Shown: positions 1-11,382, counted from the stretch's first letter. The stretch is DNA of 64,000 nucleotides from Bacteroidota bacterium (GCA_041191145.1 JBEEPK010000004.1:10487-74486); one strand, 5' to 3'. The notes: generated from the sequence alone by a model not told the origin. A program made the numbers and translations.

Positions 1-1712
1 CGATTATAGTCGGGAGCACCAATGCGATCTGTATATCCATAGATTTTGACAGTGGAATTACCTTTGATGACCGGACCAACCTTCTTCTTGAGAATTTCCG
101 CATTTTCACCGGAGATTTCTGATTTATCGAAATCAAACAAAATCAATGAAAATTTTGTTACTGTCATGTCTTTGCTTTGTTCGATGGAAGGCATGACGCT
201 GGACATATAATCGATCGGAATGGAACCTGAAACATTCGAAACATTTCCATCTGATTTTGTCATCGACAATGTATAATCAATCGGTACTTGAGCACTGGAA
301 AGATCATTCGGACGAATAACCCATCGCTGAGGAGTAGGAGTACCCACACCAACCAATTCTCTCAATGAGCGATCTGCTTGTGTGATATTCAGTGTCCATG
401 AATTCACTGAAGTACTATCAAGATTCTTTGGTCTGAATTCCAATAATTCAGGTTTTGTCCAACGAGTTTCATCGCCACGAATAGCAATCGGTTCAAGTAT
501 GTCAGCATGTGATGATCGCAATGTCACTCTTCTATTTTCACTCATCCCGTCTTTTTGATTGACTGCAGTGGGTACATCAGGCAAAGCTCTTGAACTTGTT
601 GCAATACGACTTTCATTGATATTGTAATTTTTTGTCAAATAGTCTTTTACATGTTGCGCGCGACGCATAGCCAATCCTTTATTTTTCGACTCGGATTTTC
701 CATCTATGGAACCGATGAGACTGAGTGAAGCATCAGGATTATTCAGCATGCGAAGACCTACGATATCCATTGTTCGTTTATTGATTTCAATGGCATCTTG
801 GGGTAGAGTTTCAAGAGTGAATTCACCACGAGCATCACCACGACTTGAAAATTGTAATGATGGATCCGGTTTGTCACTGTTTTGACCGAAGAAAACAAAT
901 GGTATGAATGGATACATTTCTGAATATTGAATATCCTCGACTTTCAAACCATTTTCCAATACGCGATAGTCTCCACCATCATTGTAATAACCAACTTCCA
1001 TGATTGTATTTTCAGTTGGAGGAGTAGGTTTTGGCTTAGATGCCTTTGTTGGACCAAGCGTGATTGAAACACCGATGCGTAGTTGATCTATCGTCCAAGG
1101 AGAGAAGTTGACATCGGTGCTGAAATCACCAATGGCCTTGCGATATGTGATTTCAGGAGTTATAGTATAATTCCATGCTTTCATTGGGATTCCGGCTCCG
1201 ATGATGACCGCAAAACGATCTGTGGTTCCGGGGATCGAAGAGTATACTGTTGAGGAATCAACTCCGCCAAAATTCTCGGAATATTCACTTGTCAAACGGC
1301 TTCCATATTCAAGTCCTGCAATGAGATATCCCGGGCTATCTGAAAAAATTCCATTGATTTTCAAGGCCGGGGAAAACTCCAACATGGTGATTGAACTTGT
1401 CAAAGTATTTTGAGTATTATTACCCAAATCTTGAATCAAGTCTGCTCCCATTCCATGAATCCCAAGTCTGCCGGTTAAACGGAACATATCGCTGAGATCA
1501 TAGTCTGCAAAGCCACCAACATGAAATGCCATAGAGGAGGATGAAGCGGTATACTGACCGAATTGGGTTGCAGTGAAATCAGGTGAGTGGAAATTATAGT
1601 TCAATCCACCATAGATACCAAACTCAAAAGACTTGTTCAGTGATTTGGAATTCTGTGCGGAAATGTTTGCCGCTGCAAACAAAACAAGGAGAGTTAAATA
1701 AAGTGATCTCAT
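1..1712 (-). CDS. OmpA family outer-membrane protein with two OmpA-like C-terminal domains (3'-partial, continues past window start)
   Basis: Minus-strand ATG at 1712, then signal peptide MRSLYLTLLVLFAAANISAQ, and the frame stays open to position 1. Translation contains OmpA-like motifs (NKGLAMRRAQHVKDYL; ILFDFDKSEI...GYTDRIGAPDYN). Absent from the ORF track only because no stop lies within the window. Confidence 0.75.
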   Translation of the reverse strand, partial: MRSLYLTLLVLFAAANISAQNSKSLNKSFEFGIYGGLNYNFHSPDFTATQFGQYTASSSSMAFHVGGFADYDLSDMFRLTGRLGIHGMGADLIQDLGNNTQNTLTSSITMLEFSPALKINGIFSDSPGYLIAGLEYGSRLTSEYSENFGGVDSSTVYSSIPGTTDRFAVIIGAGIPMKAWNYTITPEITYRKAIGDFSTDVNFSPWTIDQLRIGVSITLGPTKASKPKPTPPTENTIMEVGYYNDGGDYRVLENGLKVEDIQYSEMYPFIPFVFFGQNSDKPDPSLQFSSRGDARGEFTLETLPQDAIEINKRTMDIVGLRMLNNPDASLSLIGSIDGKSESKNKGLAMRRAQHVKDYLTKNYNINESRIATSSRALPDVPTAVNQKDGMSENRRVTLRSSHADILEPIAIRGDETRWTKPELLEFRPKNLDSTSVNSWTLNITQADRSLRELVGVGTPTPQRWVIRPNDLSSAQVPIDYTLSMTKSDGNVSNVSGSIPIDYMSSVMPSIEQSKDMTVTKFSLILFDFDKSEISGENAEILKKKVGPVIKGNSTVKIYGYTDRIGAPDYN

Positions 1713-1849
1713 GAATATTCTTTTTCCTAAAATGCGAGAAATGAGGGTTTTAAACGATTGCCCCGCTATTTTTCTTGTACAAAAATGGTGAATTGTCATG
1801 AATTCTCTAACGATTGTCTTTTCTCAAATCGTTTAATCCATTGTATTTG

Positions 1850-1890
1850 CACAAAAGCCCTTCTGATCTTCTCAAAAGGGCCACTGTGTT
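1850..1890 (-). terminator. rho-independent terminator downstream of ccoNO
   Basis: GCCCTT/AAGGGC hairpin; on the minus strand it is followed by TTTTGT. Confidence 0.5.
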
Positions 1891-1935
1891 TTGGGAGGGG
1901 AAAAGGAGCATAACTCCTTTCTTTCTTTAATCGGA

Positions 1936-4125
1936 TCAATGTGCTCCGACCGCTTTGATGTCTTTGCCAAGACGCTGTAAATACGCAATCAAAGCAATGA
2001 TCTCTTTGTTTGCATCAACAGGCATAGTCTTGTTTTCAGGGAGATCTTTGGCTATTTCTTCCGCTTGAGCCCTCGCTTCTTTTTCAGCTTTTTGCTCCAT
2101 GCCTTCGGGATATGGGACGCCAAGTTTTCTCATGGTGATGATTTTGCCTTCCAATTCATGATACTTTGTATTATCCGTAAATAACCATGGATAAGCGGGC
2201 ATGATTGTACCGGGAGAGATTGTTTGTGGCTCCATCATATGCATATAATGCCATGCATGAGGGTATTTTCCTCCAACTCTGTGAAGATCAGGACCTGTTC
2301 TCTTTGAACCCCATAGGAATGGATGATCATACACAAATTCGCCTGCTTTTGAATATTCTCCATAGCGCTCTGTTTCAGATCGAAATGGTCGAATCATTTG
2401 GGAATGACAACCAACACAACCTTCGCGGATATAAATGTCACGACCCTGTAGCTCAAGCGGTGTATATGGTTGTACGGATGCAATTGTCGGAATATTGGAT
2501 TGAATGATTGCCGTGGGAACATATTCGATGATTCCGCCAATCAAAACCACAATGAGTGATAATACTGCAAAACGCAATGGCTTGGCTTCCAATACTCTAT
2601 GCCAATGCTTATGTGTCGTGGAAATAGACTCAGCTAAAGGTGCGGCCTTCACATGCTCATCAGCAAGCAATGAACCGGATTTTGCGGTTTTATAGAGATT
2701 GTACACTGCAACACATGCACCGATGATATACAGTGTGCCACCGACGGCTCTGATCATGTACATCGGAACCAATTGTGTGACTGTCTCAAGGAAATTCGCA
2801 TATCGCAATGTGCCATCTGGAAGGAATTCTTTCCACATGAGCGATTGCATGATACCGCCGATATACATTGGAATTGCATAAAACAAAATACCGAGTGTCG
2901 CCGCCCAGAAATGAATATTGGCCAATTTCAATGAATGTAGTTTTGTGCGGTAAATTCTTGGAATGATATAGTACAACATACCATATGCCAAGCCACCATT
3001 CCAAGCAAGCGCTCCAAGATGAACATGTCCGATGATATAGTCTGTATAATGAGCAATTGCATTCACATTTTTCAATGACATCATGGGTCCTTCAAATGTG
3101 CTCATGCCATATGCCGTCACGCCAACTACCATGAATTTCAATACGGGGTCTTCCCGCACTTTGTCCCAAGCTCCTCGTAGAGTCAATAATCCATTTACCA
3201 TTCCTCCCCAAGAAGGTGCAATGAGCATGATTGAAAAAACCGTACCTAGAGATTGCGCCCAATCCGGAAGTGCAGTATATAAGAGGTGATGGGGACCGGC
3301 CCAGATATAGAGAAAAATCAATGCCCAGAAATGCACGATGGATAATCGATAAGAAAAGACGGGTCTATTCGCCGCTTTGGGAATGAAATAATACATGATT
3401 CCCAAAAAGGGTGTCGTCAAGAAAAATGCAACTGCATTATGTCCATACCACCACTGCACCAATGCATCTTGCACGCCGGCATAGAATGAATAGCTTTTCA
3501 AAAGTGATACCGGCAATTCAAATGAATTGACGATATGGAGCAGTGCAACAGTGAGGAATGTGGCGATATAAAACCAAATCGCAACGAACATGTGCTTTTC
3601 TCTTCTTTTGAAGATGGTCCCCATCATATTCCATCCGAATATCACCCAAACTGCGGCAATGGCTATATCAATCGGCCATTCCAATTCTGCATATTCTTTG
3701 CTTGTGGTGAATCCAAGAGGAAGCGTCAAAGCGGCACTGACAATGATCAATTGCCATCCCCAGAAATGTAATGTGCTCAATGTGTCAGAGTACATTCTTG
3801 CTTTTGTCAATCTCTGCAGTGAATAATACACCCCCATGAACATTGCATTGCCCGCAAAAGCAAAGATCACCGCATTTGTATGCAATGGTCTCAAACGGCC
3901 ATATGATAATTCAGGAATGAATCCGAGAAAATCCGGCCACACCAATTTCAATGCAACGATGAGCCCAACAAGAAAACCGACTAATGACCAAGTTGCGGTG
4001 GCCCATGCGAAATTCTTGACAATGGCATTGTCATAAGCAAATGATTCGAGGGTGCCATTCCCCGATGATTCTTGAGAAGTACCTTCCGGGAACGATGAGT
4101 GTTCACTGTCGTTGCTCATTCCCAT
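1936..4125 (-). CDS. ccoNO: cbb3-type cytochrome c oxidase, fused CcoN-CcoO subunit
   Basis: 729 aa. The N-terminal two-thirds is a multi-pass heme-copper oxidase subunit I-like region (HFW.., histidine ligands). The C-terminal part carries a CVGCH heme-c motif (CcoO-like). The fusion is typical of Bacteroidota-like lineages. Confidence 0.9.
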   Translation of the reverse strand: MGMSNDSEHSSFPEGTSQESSGNGTLESFAYDNAIVKNFAWATATWSLVGFLVGLIVALKLVWPDFLGFIPELSYGRLRPLHTNAVIFAFAGNAMFMGVYYSLQRLTKARMYSDTLSTLHFWGWQLIIVSAALTLPLGFTTSKEYAELEWPIDIAIAAVWVIFGWNMMGTIFKRREKHMFVAIWFYIATFLTVALLHIVNSFELPVSLLKSYSFYAGVQDALVQWWYGHNAVAFFLTTPFLGIMYYFIPKAANRPVFSYRLSIVHFWALIFLYIWAGPHHLLYTALPDWAQSLGTVFSIMLIAPSWGGMVNGLLTLRGAWDKVREDPVLKFMVVGVTAYGMSTFEGPMMSLKNVNAIAHYTDYIIGHVHLGALAWNGGLAYGMLYYIIPRIYRTKLHSLKLANIHFWAATLGILFYAIPMYIGGIMQSLMWKEFLPDGTLRYANFLETVTQLVPMYMIRAVGGTLYIIGACVAVYNLYKTAKSGSLLADEHVKAAPLAESISTTHKHWHRVLEAKPLRFAVLSLIVVLIGGIIEYVPTAIIQSNIPTIASVQPYTPLELQGRDIYIREGCVGCHSQMIRPFRSETERYGEYSKAGEFVYDHPFLWGSKRTGPDLHRVGGKYPHAWHYMHMMEPQTISPGTIMPAYPWLFTDNTKYHELEGKIITMRKLGVPYPEGMEQKAEKEARAQAEEIAKDLPENKTMPVDANKEIIALIAYLQRLGKDIKAVGAH

Positions 4126-4231
4126 CTCCTTGACATAATTGATAGACTAGTTGATCTGTTTGAATACAGTCACTTTTCGAATATGTCAAAATTGAGGTCT
4201 TGCGATTCCGGAAACAATGATATTTGTCATA

Positions 4232-4792
4232 TTAAGTGGATTGATTCCACTTAGGTGAGAGTGTGAGAATATGGGAGTGTATAGGACATTTCGAATGATG
4301 AGCCCCAGGCAAATAACTTGTGCTCATCAAGAATTCATTCACAATTTCCCCGCCTGTGAATTTGAAGGTGTTTTTGAAGAGCTTTGTCCATTCTTCTCGA
4401 TTAAAAGATATATGCATATCCAGCCAATTTATGAAGGATCCATATTCTTTTTGCAATTGTAGTATTTGACCTGCATTATGAATCACAGCTTTGATCTTTG
4501 CCCTATTGCGAATGATGGATGCATCTCCAAGTAAACGCTCGATATCAAGTTCTCCATACTTTGCAACAGTTGCAATGTCGAATCCTTCGAATGCTTCTCT
4601 GAAATGATATCGTTTTTTGAGAATGGTCAGCCAAGAAAGTCCTGCTTGATTGATTTCCAGACATAATCGCTCGAACAATGCATTGTCGGAATCCAATGGA
4701 TAACCATATTCAGCATCATGATATGCAATATGCAATGGTGAACATTGTTCTTGTAAGGTATAATCACAATAGGATGGGGTGCTTGCATTCAT
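4232..4792 (-). CDS. tag: DNA-3-methyladenine glycosylase I
   Basis: The Tag family is recognisable (EGFDIATVAKYGE...LLGDASIIRNRAKIKA..). The start is placed at internal M22 (ATG at 4792), because the longer ORF would overlap the tRNA-Met gene. Confidence 0.8.
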   Translation of the reverse strand: MNASTPSYCDYTLQEQCSPLHIAYHDAEYGYPLDSDNALFERLCLEINQAGLSWLTILKKRYHFREAFEGFDIATVAKYGELDIERLLGDASIIRNRAKIKAVIHNAGQILQLQKEYGSFINWLDMHISFNREEWTKLFKNTFKFTGGEIVNEFLMSTSYLPGAHHSKCPIHSHILTLSPKWNQST

Positions 4793-4828
4793 ATATTGTT
4801 TACCCCAAGATGAATGCGAAGAAGTGAG

Positions 4829-4959
<131 letters not shown>

Positions 4960-4966
<7 letters not shown>

Positions 4967-5772
4967 AATAATCCAATCATGAAGCCAAGTTGAAATGCCA
5001 AGCCTGATGCTTCAATTCCTGAAGAAACATTATTGACAATAGTCTTGCCATTTTCCTTCCAATCTCCCATGAAACTCAATGCATATCCTGCATGAGCACG
5101 AACAGTAACGATTCTTGGCTTGTCGCTTCCAAGCAATGCAGGAGCAAATTCAACGCTGAGCCCGGGATTGACCATGAAATAATTATTTCTCAAGGAATGA
5201 TTGAATACATTCACATCGGTCGGACTACCACCAATTGTACTATTGGATGTTTCAATGCCTTTCGCATATTGAGTTGTGGTAACTTCCATTGTACCCCAAC
5301 CTCCGGAAATTCCCGGAATGAGATATAATGATTTTGCCAAAGAAAATGCATAATCAAAGCCAAATCCTGTATATGCATTGGACAAAGAAGCAGAACGCAA
5401 ATATTGTTGTTGATTGACCGTAAATTCTTTCTCAGCAGTACTGATGTCTCCGCCGAGATTGGAAATGGAAATACGAACATTTGGAAGTATGCCGATTGTG
5501 GCAACGCCAATTGCACCGGTCATAGTGAGAGGTGTGGACAATTCACCAAGTCCTGCAGTGGAAAGTTGAGCATTCACATCTTTCAACTCAGGTGTGAAGA
5601 GGGAAACTACAAAACCGCCACCAACACCGAAATAAGGTACTTTCTCTTCTTGAATGACAGTTTCTTCGAATGTCAATTCATCCAATCTATCATCCTGTGC
5701 TTTGAGTGAAGCGATGCTTGTAAACAGCAGTGCAAGCACAATCATAGAATTCTTGAATATATTCATGGTCAT
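4960..5772 (-). CDS. hypothetical secreted/outer-membrane protein (signal peptide, Gly/Ser/Thr-rich beta-strand-like composition)
   Basis: 270-aa ORF with an N-terminal signal peptide (MIVLALLFTSIASLKAQ) and no recognisable catalytic motif. Its last two codons and stop lie inside the second copy of the 48-bp repeat. Confidence 0.55.
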
Positions 5773-5853
5773 TGGAAAGTATGGTAAAATCGCATTCCGT
5801 TCAATAGAGCTTGCAAAAATAGGGAATTCTTGGAAAGAATTCGAATAAGCTTG

Positions 5854-6636
5854 TCATTGTCCTGAAAATTGTGCGGATCTCTTTTCCAAAAATGCCGAAG
5901 TGCCCTCTTTGAAATCATTTGTTCCACAAATTTCTCCAAAAATGATCGCCTCGCTTTCCATTCCTTCTTGTGTGCCCAAGTCTTCCGCCGCTCTTATTGC
6001 TTTCAAACTTGCTGAAATCGCCAATGGCGCTTTGGATGCTATCAATTCGGCAATCTTCAGGCATTCATCAATGAGTGTCTCAGATGCAAAAACCTTATTG
6101 ACAAGACCGATTCTCAAAGCTTCCTCAGAATCTATGATGGCTCCGCTTAAGATCAATTCCATGGATTGTGCTCTTCCAACCAATTTTGTGAGTCTTTGTG
6201 TTCCACCATAACCGGGAATGATGCCGAGATTTACTTCTGGTTGACCAAATTTTGCCTGCGGAGCGGCAAATCTCATATGACATGCCAAAGCTAACTCGCA
6301 ACCGCCACCCAATGCGAATCCATTGACTGCGGCAATGACAGGCTTGTTCAAATATTCTAATTCAGTGAAGATTTCTTGGCCAAAACGGGCAAAATCAGCA
6401 CCTGTTTCAGCATTCTGCTCATGCAATTGTGCGATGTCTGCACCAGCCGCAAAAGCTTTTGGTCCTGCACCGGTAATAATAATTGCTCGACAAAATTCAG
6501 AATTTGCACAAAATTGGAGCGCTTTTTGCAGTTCAGTCAATAAGGTTGCGTTTAAGGCGTTTAACTTGTCCGGTCTATTCAAAGTAATAAGGCAAACATG
6601 GCCTTTTTCTTCAAGAATGATGGTTTCATAGTTCAT
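5854..6636 (-). CDS. enoyl-CoA hydratase/isomerase (crotonase) family protein
   Basis: Crotonase fold motifs: GAGPKAFAAGADI, ALGGGCELALACHMRFA. Confidence 0.85.
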   Translation of the reverse strand: MNYETIILEEKGHVCLITLNRPDKLNALNATLLTELQKALQFCANSEFCRAIIITGAGPKAFAAGADIAQLHEQNAETGADFARFGQEIFTELEYLNKPVIAAVNGFALGGGCELALACHMRFAAPQAKFGQPEVNLGIIPGYGGTQRLTKLVGRAQSMELILSGAIIDSEEALRIGLVNKVFASETLIDECLKIAELIASKAPLAISASLKAIRAAEDLGTQEGMESEAIIFGEICGTNDFKEGTSAFLEKRSAQFSGQ

Positions 6637-6715
6637 GATAATGATCCGGGACTGATGGAAGTTTACTGTTAAAGGCGCAATTTACCATTTTCCGCCTTGC
6701 ATTGATATTCGATAA

Positions 6716-8239
6716 TTGAGAGAAAATATGCGAAAACACTTCAAATATGTATGGCTCATTTGGTTATTGGCAATCTCCATGCTGATTCCCGTTACAGATA
6801 CTTCTGCGGCATCCAGAAAAAAAGGAAAATCTTCTTCCTCTCGTTCCATAAAGAAAAAGTCAGGGAAAAGCTCCAAGAAGTCTTCTTCAAAAAAATCAAA
6901 GAAAGGAAAAAAATCAAAGAAAGGAAAAGGCAGGAAATCGTCCGGTTCAAGTCATAATCAACTTGTTTCAATCAATGGAAGGCAAAATTTCATTGAGGAC
7001 ACGATGATTGCTCCAGGACTTCGCTATATGCATTTCCTTTATGGTCCTTTGAATCACCCCGTATATGCCGTTGAAATGGATGCGAATGATCCTACGCTGA
7101 AAGTTGGAGTTATCAAAGGGAATAATAAAAATGATGGACTCGAAAGAATCGGTGATATGTTCAATAGAATAGACACAACCGTAAGAGATAGTTTGCTTTC
7201 AGCAGTAAATGCAAATTTCTGGCGTGCCTATCGCAATACTGCAATTGGTCCATTGGTTTTGAATGGCGAAGTGATTCAAATGGGGAATGAGAAGAATTGG
7301 ACAAGTGCATTCTTCGATGCCAAGAATAAAATGTATATCGGCAAATATGATTTGCAGGGCGTAATTAGAACAGAGAAAGGTGAAACATATCGCATTGCTT
7401 TCACCAATGAAAGACCTAGCATGGATGGAATTGCCTTGTATAATCTCTATGGTGGAAACTCGATCCCTCATGTGCCAAATATGCAAGTGGATAAAGCGGC
7501 AGAGGATTTCTTGGAGAATAGACCTCAGTCTGCAGAAGATTCAACGGAAGAAGAACTAGACATGGAACAGTTGAAAGCAGAATTGGCTGAAATGAAGAGA
7601 CAATCCAATATTGAATATCCACTGATCAAAGTGCAAGTTCGCTTTCTGCGCTCACCATCGGTGAATAAGGAAGTTCCTTGTTTAGTAAATGCTGTGGATA
7701 CTGGCACTGTGGCAATGCCGCTTCGAGGTGCCATCATTTCTTTGGGAAGAGATTTTCCCGCCGGAAAATTACCAGTGGCCGGCGATACTCTATTCATCAA
7801 GTATTATACAAGTGAGAGTGATACGATGCCTTTTGTTCAAGCGGTTTGTGGCACTCCGAGATTGATGGAAGCCGGAGAATTACGTACGCAAGGAGTGAGT
7901 GAAGGTGCGAGAAATAGCAGATTCATCGGACATAATCTTCCGAGAACCGCAGTAGGAACAAATACGCGAAAGACAAAGAATTGGCTTGTACTTGTTGATC
8001 CATCAGGCAAGGGAAGAGGAGCAACATTGGATCAAATGGGTGCAATTATGAAGAAACTCGGAGCTCATGATGCTCTTAATCTCGATGGCGGAGGTTCCTC
8101 TATGATGATGGTTTGCGGTGAGAATGTATGTACCAATTCACGAGTGCCGACAGGTAGAAGGATATCATGTGCTTTGGCGGTGTTCAGAAAACAGAAGGTT
8201 TTGCGAGAACGATTGCAAGAACAAAATCCGATAGAATAA
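6716..8239 (+). CDS. phosphodiester glycosidase family protein (DUF2233/NAGPA-like) with N-terminal signal peptide and Lys/Ser-rich low-complexity linker
   Basis: Signal peptide, then an about 60-aa K/S-rich tract ([21 protein letters not shown]...). The C-terminal motif [14 protein letters not shown] is characteristic of phosphodiester glycosidases. Confidence 0.65.
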   Translation: MRENMRKHFKYVWLIWLLAISMLIPVTDTSAASRKKGKSSSSRSIKKKSGKSSKKSSSKKSKKGKKSKKGKGRKSSGSSHNQLVSINGRQNFIEDTMIAPGLRYMHFLYGPLNHPVYAVEMDANDPTLKVGVIKGNNKNDGLERIGDMFNRIDTTVRDSLLSAVNANFWRAYRNTAIGPLVLNGEVIQMGNEKNWTSAFFDAKNKMYIGKYDLQGVIRTEKGETYRIAFTNERPSMDGIALYNLYGGNSIPHVPNMQVDKAAEDFLENRPQSAEDSTEEELDMEQLKAELAEMKRQSNIEYPLIKVQVRFLRSPSVNKEVPCLVNAVDTGTVAMPLRGAIISLGRDFPAGKLPVAGDTLFIKYYTSESDTMPFVQAVCGTPRLMEAGELRTQGVSEGARNSRFIGHNLPRTAVGTNTRKTKNWLVLVDPSGKGRGATLDQMGAIMKKLGAHDALNLDGGGSSMMMVCGENVCTNSRVPTGRRISCALAVFRKQKVLRERLQEQNPIE

Positions 8240-8288
8240 AAAAAGCGGGATGATCCAATGTGATCATCCCGCTTTCTATTTTTTTTAA
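8238..8288. terminator. bidirectional rho-independent terminator between convergent genes
   Basis: 12-bp perfect stem AGCGGGATGATC/GATCATCCCGCT, flanked by an A-run (5') and a T-run (3'). Confidence 0.75.
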
Positions 8289-8294
8289 GTTCTA

Positions 8295-9275
8295 TCAATA
8301 GGAATAGCGTTTTGCATCGCCGGTTGCAAGTGGTGCAAGATCGCGATGTTCGAGTCTGCGAACACCAATCAAGCGGGTATCATAATACGTACTTTCAAGT
8401 GAAGAAACCGTTACGCCATAGCGTGAACTCGCATGAGCGAAGAGATTGTCTCCAAGATAAATACCTACATGAGATACATACACTTCTTTGCGTGTGTGGA
8501 AGAAAACCAAATCACCAAATTTCATTTCTGATCTATTGCGGATTGGTCTTCCTACATTCCATTGTGTTGCAGCTGTTCTTGGGAGTGTGATGTCTCCCGC
8601 GCCTGCAAACACAGCCCTTGTGAATGCTGAACAATCAATTCCTGATTTTGAAGTACCACCATAAATATATGTGGTGCCTACCCAGTTCATGATTTCATCC
8701 ATAATGGCTTTTCTGGCAATTCCACCATCAGTGGTTTCATTCGATGAAGGATCATTTGGATCGCTGTCGATATATGAAAGCCATAATGAACGGAATGCAT
8801 CCATGTCAACTACCACATCGTCTTCTTCTTCAAGTTCAGATAAATCCTCACCTTGAGAAAGCATGTCGCCGGAAACGGCATCTGATGCGGTTAATTCACC
8901 TTGATCAATGTGAGTTGTATTTGACTGTTGTTCTGAGAGAGCCTCGGCAATAGAGCCAGTATTCGTGGCGATGTCCGTTGTCGGGGTTAGGTCGGATTCC
9001 GATTGTAAACCGGCCAGTCTTGACAAATCATCATTATTGTTGAGATAGTCGAAAGCAAGTCTCTTGCCTGCAACTTTATCACATTTTGTTTTTGAAACAT
9101 GTACGATTTGATAACGCTTCTTTGATTTCTTTTTCTTAGAAGCTACTCGTTTCGTTACCTTTCGCTTGTCCGATTTTTTTCGGGCAGCATATGAGCTATT
9201 GGTTGGCAAAGCTAAAGCAATCACGAAGAGAACCAAGCTGAGCCAGAAAGGTACGAGGGGTATGGACTTACGCAT
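8295..9275 (-). CDS. NlpC/P60 family (C40) cell-wall peptidase with signal peptide, Lys-rich tract and acidic low-complexity region
   Basis: C-terminal NlpC/P60 motifs (GIDCSAFTRAVF..., GDLVFFH...SHVGIYLGDN). The start is placed at M54 (ATG 9275), just before the hydrophobic signal segment. The longer ORF to 9434 would overlap the upstream gene. Confidence 0.7.
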   Translation of the reverse strand: MRKSIPLVPFWLSLVLFVIALALPTNSSYAARKKSDKRKVTKRVASKKKKSKKRYQIVHVSKTKCDKVAGKRLAFDYLNNNDDLSRLAGLQSESDLTPTTDIATNTGSIAEALSEQQSNTTHIDQGELTASDAVSGDMLSQGEDLSELEEEDDVVVDMDAFRSLWLSYIDSDPNDPSSNETTDGGIARKAIMDEIMNWVGTTYIYGGTSKSGIDCSAFTRAVFAGAGDITLPRTAATQWNVGRPIRNRSEMKFGDLVFFHTRKEVYVSHVGIYLGDNLFAHASSRYGVTVSSLESTYYDTRLIGVRRLEHRDLAPLATGDAKRYSY

Positions 9276-9390
9276 AATCACCTCTGTAATTGATAAAAAT
9301 ACCTTGTCTGGTAGTATGGTGCCGATCCTGTGAGGAGGTATCGACGTTCTTCCGGGCGGCGCGTCTGTTGAGCCGATAGCGGAAGCTGAA

Positions 9391-11082
9391 TTAGCGTTCT
9401 CTGAAACGTACTCTTTCGAGTGAAATCGTTCCAAAGACTCCCGGGCGGAGACCGATAACGGAAGTTTGTGCTAATCGATAGTTAACTGTGTAATATAAAA
9501 ACACCCAAGGAGCTTGCTCAATAATGATGCGCTCCATTTCATTGTATGCTTTGAATCTTTGTTCAGGTTTAATGCCCGGCCAAAGAGCCAATTCATACAG
9601 TGAATCAACACTTCGATGCGAAAATCTTGTGTCATTCAGGCCTTTGGGTGAGGCCATTTTCGAATAAAAAAGTGCGAGTACATTCTCCGGATCGGGATAA
9701 TCCGCAATCCAATTCCCACGCCAGAAACCAAGTTTCCCTGAGTGCATCATTGATGAATGTTCGGGAAAATTGACCTGTCTCAAAGCGACTTTGATGCCGA
9801 ACTTGAGCCATTGTTGTTGTAATGCCTCAACTACTTGCACTGTGGTCGCATTATTTCCGGATTGAAGTATTATCTCAGGCAAACCTTGTCCGCCCGGATA
9901 ACCTGCTTCCATTAATAATGCTTTTGCTTTGACAGGGTCATATGTATATCCTTTGACTTCATTAGAAAAGCCGGGCATTGTCGGGGATAAAGGTCCATGC
10001 TCTGCAGGAATCCCTTTTCCTTTTAAGACATATTTGCAAAGTGCCTTGCGGTCAATCGCATAATTCAGAGCTTGTCTGATTGCTTTTGATTTCCACAAAG
10101 GCAAGCGTGATGTTTCGGCATTTGCAGATTCGTCAAGCATAATTCCACAAAAAACTATGTCTTGTGACTCTTCTCTATGAAGCGTGTGACTTGCATATGA
10201 TTCAGTGAGCTTGTCATTCTCAAGAACCTTCGGCAGAAAAATCGGATCTATGGAGAGAATCATATCGAGATTCCCATTATCATATTCCAAAAATTCTGTT
10301 TTTGTGTCCTTAATGAATTGTACAATGACAGTATCCAAATAGGGTAATCTCTGTCCGGATTCGTCAAACTCATGATACAATGAATTGCGTTTGAGCTCAA
10401 TGAATCTGTCTGGCTCCCATCTATGAAATGCAAATGGGCCGGTTCCTATCGGGTGATTTCCAAATGATGTACCATATAATTGAATCGCTTCTTTCGGCAC
10501 GATTCTGCAATATGGCATTGTCAATAAGGAAAGCAATGGTGCAAAAGGCTTGTTCAAAACCAGTGACACCGTGCTGTCATTAATAACTCTTATCCCTTCA
10601 ATATGCCGATTGCCCTCTCCAAGCTTAGTGGCTTCATGAAATTCTTCGGCACCGGAAAATCGGTCGCGAAAAATCCAAAAACCCGTAGTCTTTGTTCGGG
10701 CATCGCAAATCCGCTCAAAACTGAATTTCACATCTTCTGCCTTGAATTTCCTCGTAAATGAGGGAGCTTTAAAGCATGAGTCTCTGTGAAATGAAATATC
10801 CGTACGAAGCGAAAATGTCCAAGTCAAACCTGTTTCATCAATAGTCCAAGACTTTGCAAGTCCCGGAATAATCGCTCCATTGGAATCCAATTTCACCAAA
10901 GTCTCAAAGATATGACCTCCAATATGAATCGGTCCGGATATTCCGGCCATTGCGGGGTCAAGAGTTGTTAAACCCTGTGGTTCATTATAGGTGAATGTCG
11001 CATCTTTTTTAGTGACTGCATCTCCGCAAGAAGCGAATGATACAGTGCTTAGTATGATGCAAATCTGTATTCCTATTTTCAA
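9391..11082 (-). CDS. ABC transporter substrate-binding protein, family 5 (peptide/nickel-type)
   Basis: SBP_bac_5-like sequence throughout. The lipoprotein-like signal (ILSTVSFASC) sits 55 residues into the longest ORF. The likely start is TTG at 11082; the alternative is ATG at 11244. Confidence 0.7.
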   Translation of the reverse strand: MKIGIQICIILSTVSFASCGDAVTKKDATFTYNEPQGLTTLDPAMAGISGPIHIGGHIFETLVKLDSNGAIIPGLAKSWTIDETGLTWTFSLRTDISFHRDSCFKAPSFTRKFKAEDVKFSFERICDARTKTTGFWIFRDRFSGAEEFHEATKLGEGNRHIEGIRVINDSTVSLVLNKPFAPLLSLLTMPYCRIVPKEAIQLYGTSFGNHPIGTGPFAFHRWEPDRFIELKRNSLYHEFDESGQRLPYLDTVIVQFIKDTKTEFLEYDNGNLDMILSIDPIFLPKVLENDKLTESYASHTLHREESQDIVFCGIMLDESANAETSRLPLWKSKAIRQALNYAIDRKALCKYVLKGKGIPAEHGPLSPTMPGFSNEVKGYTYDPVKAKALLMEAGYPGGQGLPEIILQSGNNATTVQVVEALQQQWLKFGIKVALRQVNFPEHSSMMHSGKLGFWRGNWIADYPDPENVLALFYSKMASPKGLNDTRFSHRSVDSLYELALWPGIKPEQRFKAYNEMERIIIEQAPWVFLYYTVNYRLAQTSVIGLRPGVFGTISLERVRFRER

Positions 11083-11382
11083 AGAACTATCTGCTTCGTG
11101 GAAGAAGCAGTCTTTCAGTTTACGAAGAAAGTATGTAAACCAAGAGTCTGCAACTAAAGAATTTTTTTTCACATAGCCAAGTAAATCAAGAACTTGCATC
11201 ATTTTGTAGGGTAAATTGAGTATAAATGAACAAAGTGGTATCAATCGTTACAACTCGTTCTCTTTCAATTAATTATGAAAAAATACCGCAAAATGGTTTA
11301 TGGCGATTTTTGCGATTAAACTTTTTTCGGAGTGTGGAAAAAAACTGACATATCGGGTATCGGAAAGGCATATTTTTGCCAA

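Noticed and set aside
2205-4036. Multiple 60-100-aa plus-strand ORFs (2205-2507, 2504-2695, 2699-2881, 3083-3289, 3535-3826, 3836-4036)
   Set aside because: All lie antisense inside the well-supported ccoNO gene. They have no motifs and are typical shadow ORFs.
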